A DNA stretch of 23,555 nt from Ginkgo biloba. Taxonomy: Eukaryota > Plantae > Ginkgophyta. The notes beneath the pieces were generated by a model that worked only from the letters and a program-made list of their open reading frames with translations, had not been told where the DNA came from and searched no databases. Position 1 is the first letter of the stretch, and every line of letters begins with the position of its first letter. Location of the stretch: contig JANKJI020000004.1 in NCBI GenBank assembly GCA_024626585.2, positions 57,015,149 to 57,038,703 of the forward strand, read 5' to 3'. The position numbers were made by a program, and so were the translations under genes. This document shows positions 22,056 to 23,555 of this stretch, piece after piece.

Positions 22056-22465
22056 TTGAGAACTTATAATCACATCCTTTTAAAGGCATTATAACATGTT
22101 GTGAAGTCATGAATAGAAGCTATAGAACTGCATCCCTTAAAAGTTTATCATGCTATGCATACATAAGGATAACTGTAGCTACATCCCTTAAAAGGTGTTA
22201 TCTTATTTTGAATGACATTAAAGGATATGGAGAGAACCTATAGCTATATCCCTTAAAAGGCATGACATTGTGTTGTGAATTCGTAGAGAGAACATGTAGT
22301 TGCATCCCTTGAAAGGTGTTATATTTTGTTGTGAATCCATGGAGAGAACCTATAGCCACATCCCTTATAAGTGTTAAACTGTGTTGTGAGTGATGTTGGA
22401 GGTGGTGGAATGATTGTTTGGAGAGAACCTATAGCTAGATCTATTAAAGTCCACACTGTGTTCTG
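22056..22465. repeat. Degenerate ~56-bp tandem repeat, about 7 copies
   Basis: Consensus ~GGAGAGAACCTATAGCTACATCCCTTAAAAGGTGTTATATTGTGTTGTGAATCCAT. Cores at about 22074, 22132, 22183, 22248, 22304, 22360 and 22439. Confidence 0.85.
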
Positions 22466-23060
22466 ATATTAGAGTTCCATGGAGGAAAGAAGTTGATGCA
22501 TTAAATCCTAAATTTTGTACTTCAAATTTTAGTGTTTGTGCTTCAAACTTGGATGTTTTCTCAACAATAAAAATGAAGCAATCTCATATTTTATCATCTT
22601 GATCAACTCCAATTTTAATGTGGATATCATCTATGTAATGGAAGAACAGATAATGGGTGGAATTATAGTGACCTTTGACAGAACTAGAAGTCATCTAGAA
22701 AAACATATGGTTGGCATATGTTTTATTCCAAATCTAGAAATTCAATCATCAAAAAAAGTTTTAAAGTACAAAAAACAACAGAGAAATCACACACCAAATC
22801 TGCATTCTGCAATGGTCAATTACAAGTGGAAAGAAGAAAAAATTATGAAGAGAAGTCGTTCGGTAAAGGATCTGGATTGAGGCAATGAGGTAGTGCAATA
22901 TTGGAGAAGTTTGTTTATCAACAGTTTGATTCTAGCTTTCAATTCTATAGAGTTTTAAGGATTGCACATTTTGTATATTTAGAAACTTGAAAAACATAAT
23001 AGAAGACCTTAAATATGAATGAATAGAGCATCCAAAGACAAATTGGACAGCAAAGTAAAT
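22460..23060 (+). mobile_element. Highly decayed Ty1/copia integrase remnant
   Basis: Across frames and in the expected order: SDIRVP (cf. SDxxGP), TWMF/LNNKNEA (TWVYFLxxKSEA), RTDNG (RTDNGGEY), NGQ..ERRKIMKRSRS (NGVAERKNRTIMEMARS), WIEAM (WAEAV), KDKLDSK (KLDPK). Confidence 0.65.
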
Positions 23061-23555
23061 AATATGAATGGTTTGAAGGACAACCACATCATTGGTAGGA
23101 TCATTAGTAGTAGCGATGTCTCGACTTTAAGAAGTGATTCATGTTGGTTCACATGTGATTATGCAAAACTATGTATCTACCCATTGTCAACGACATTCTA
23201 TTTCCCTAGATAATGCTTCTCCCAAATCACATTCTATTAAGCTATCTATCCACAGAAGACAAAGCCTATCTCACCTATGAGAATGCATAAGAATTGGTCA
23301 AATATAAGTTACTGCATTCGGCTATTTTATAACAAACATAATTCATTCCCACAGTCTTCTATGCTCTCGCATACATGCCTCTTTGCAATCTTGAATTATT
23401 GATGTCTTCTTAACTTCATCCTTGTTTCAGTTACCATGTGATTTGTATTTCTTTATTCGTTTCTATCTCTTCCATGTCGACAAATTAGCATGGATTGGAC
23501 TTGAATAGTAGGCATGGAGAAGTTTGTTGGAATAATTAATGATTATTTCATTGTA

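Noticed and set aside
22056-22465. CRISPR-like array (also considered for 10964-11049)
   Set aside because: Eukaryotic intronic context, no cas genes, degenerate repeats, and spacers that are homologous to each other or only two repeat copies.
14266-23555. Next dynein exon (expected to continue S-x-x-QL)
   Set aside because: No AG-bounded frame with dynein similarity found by eye; candidates near 14645 and 14714 close quickly or lack similarity.
1-23555. Antisense orientation bias of intronic TEs
   Set aside because: Both orientations occur, numbers are small, and contig orientation depends on scaffolding.

Overview
AT-rich eukaryotic DNA, most likely from a large-genome land plant (inferred from the plant-type LTR retrotransposons, tRNA-iMet primer-binding sites and TE-swollen introns). 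It is a fragmented scaffold with ten exact 100-N gaps and several smaller ones. The only host gene is part of an axonemal inner-arm dynein heavy chain (DNAH3/7/12-like) on the + strand. Seven exons can be read with GT-AG sites, consistent phases and no stops: 2846-2953, 6869-7114, 7366-7515, 7760-8543, 8799-8857 (cut by a gap), 9513-9667 and 14027-14265. They cover the end of AAA4, most of AAA5 and most of AAA6. The stalk, microtubule-binding domain and start of AAA5 are not visible and are probably hidden in gaps. The rest is intronic: decayed, partly nested Ty3/gypsy, Ty1/copia and LINE remnants, LTR ends, two PBS sites and small tandem repeats. Most short ORFs in the track are spurious or read through gaps. 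I found no convincing new multi-gene system. The best leads are the flagellar dynein in a plant and the missing stalk region.
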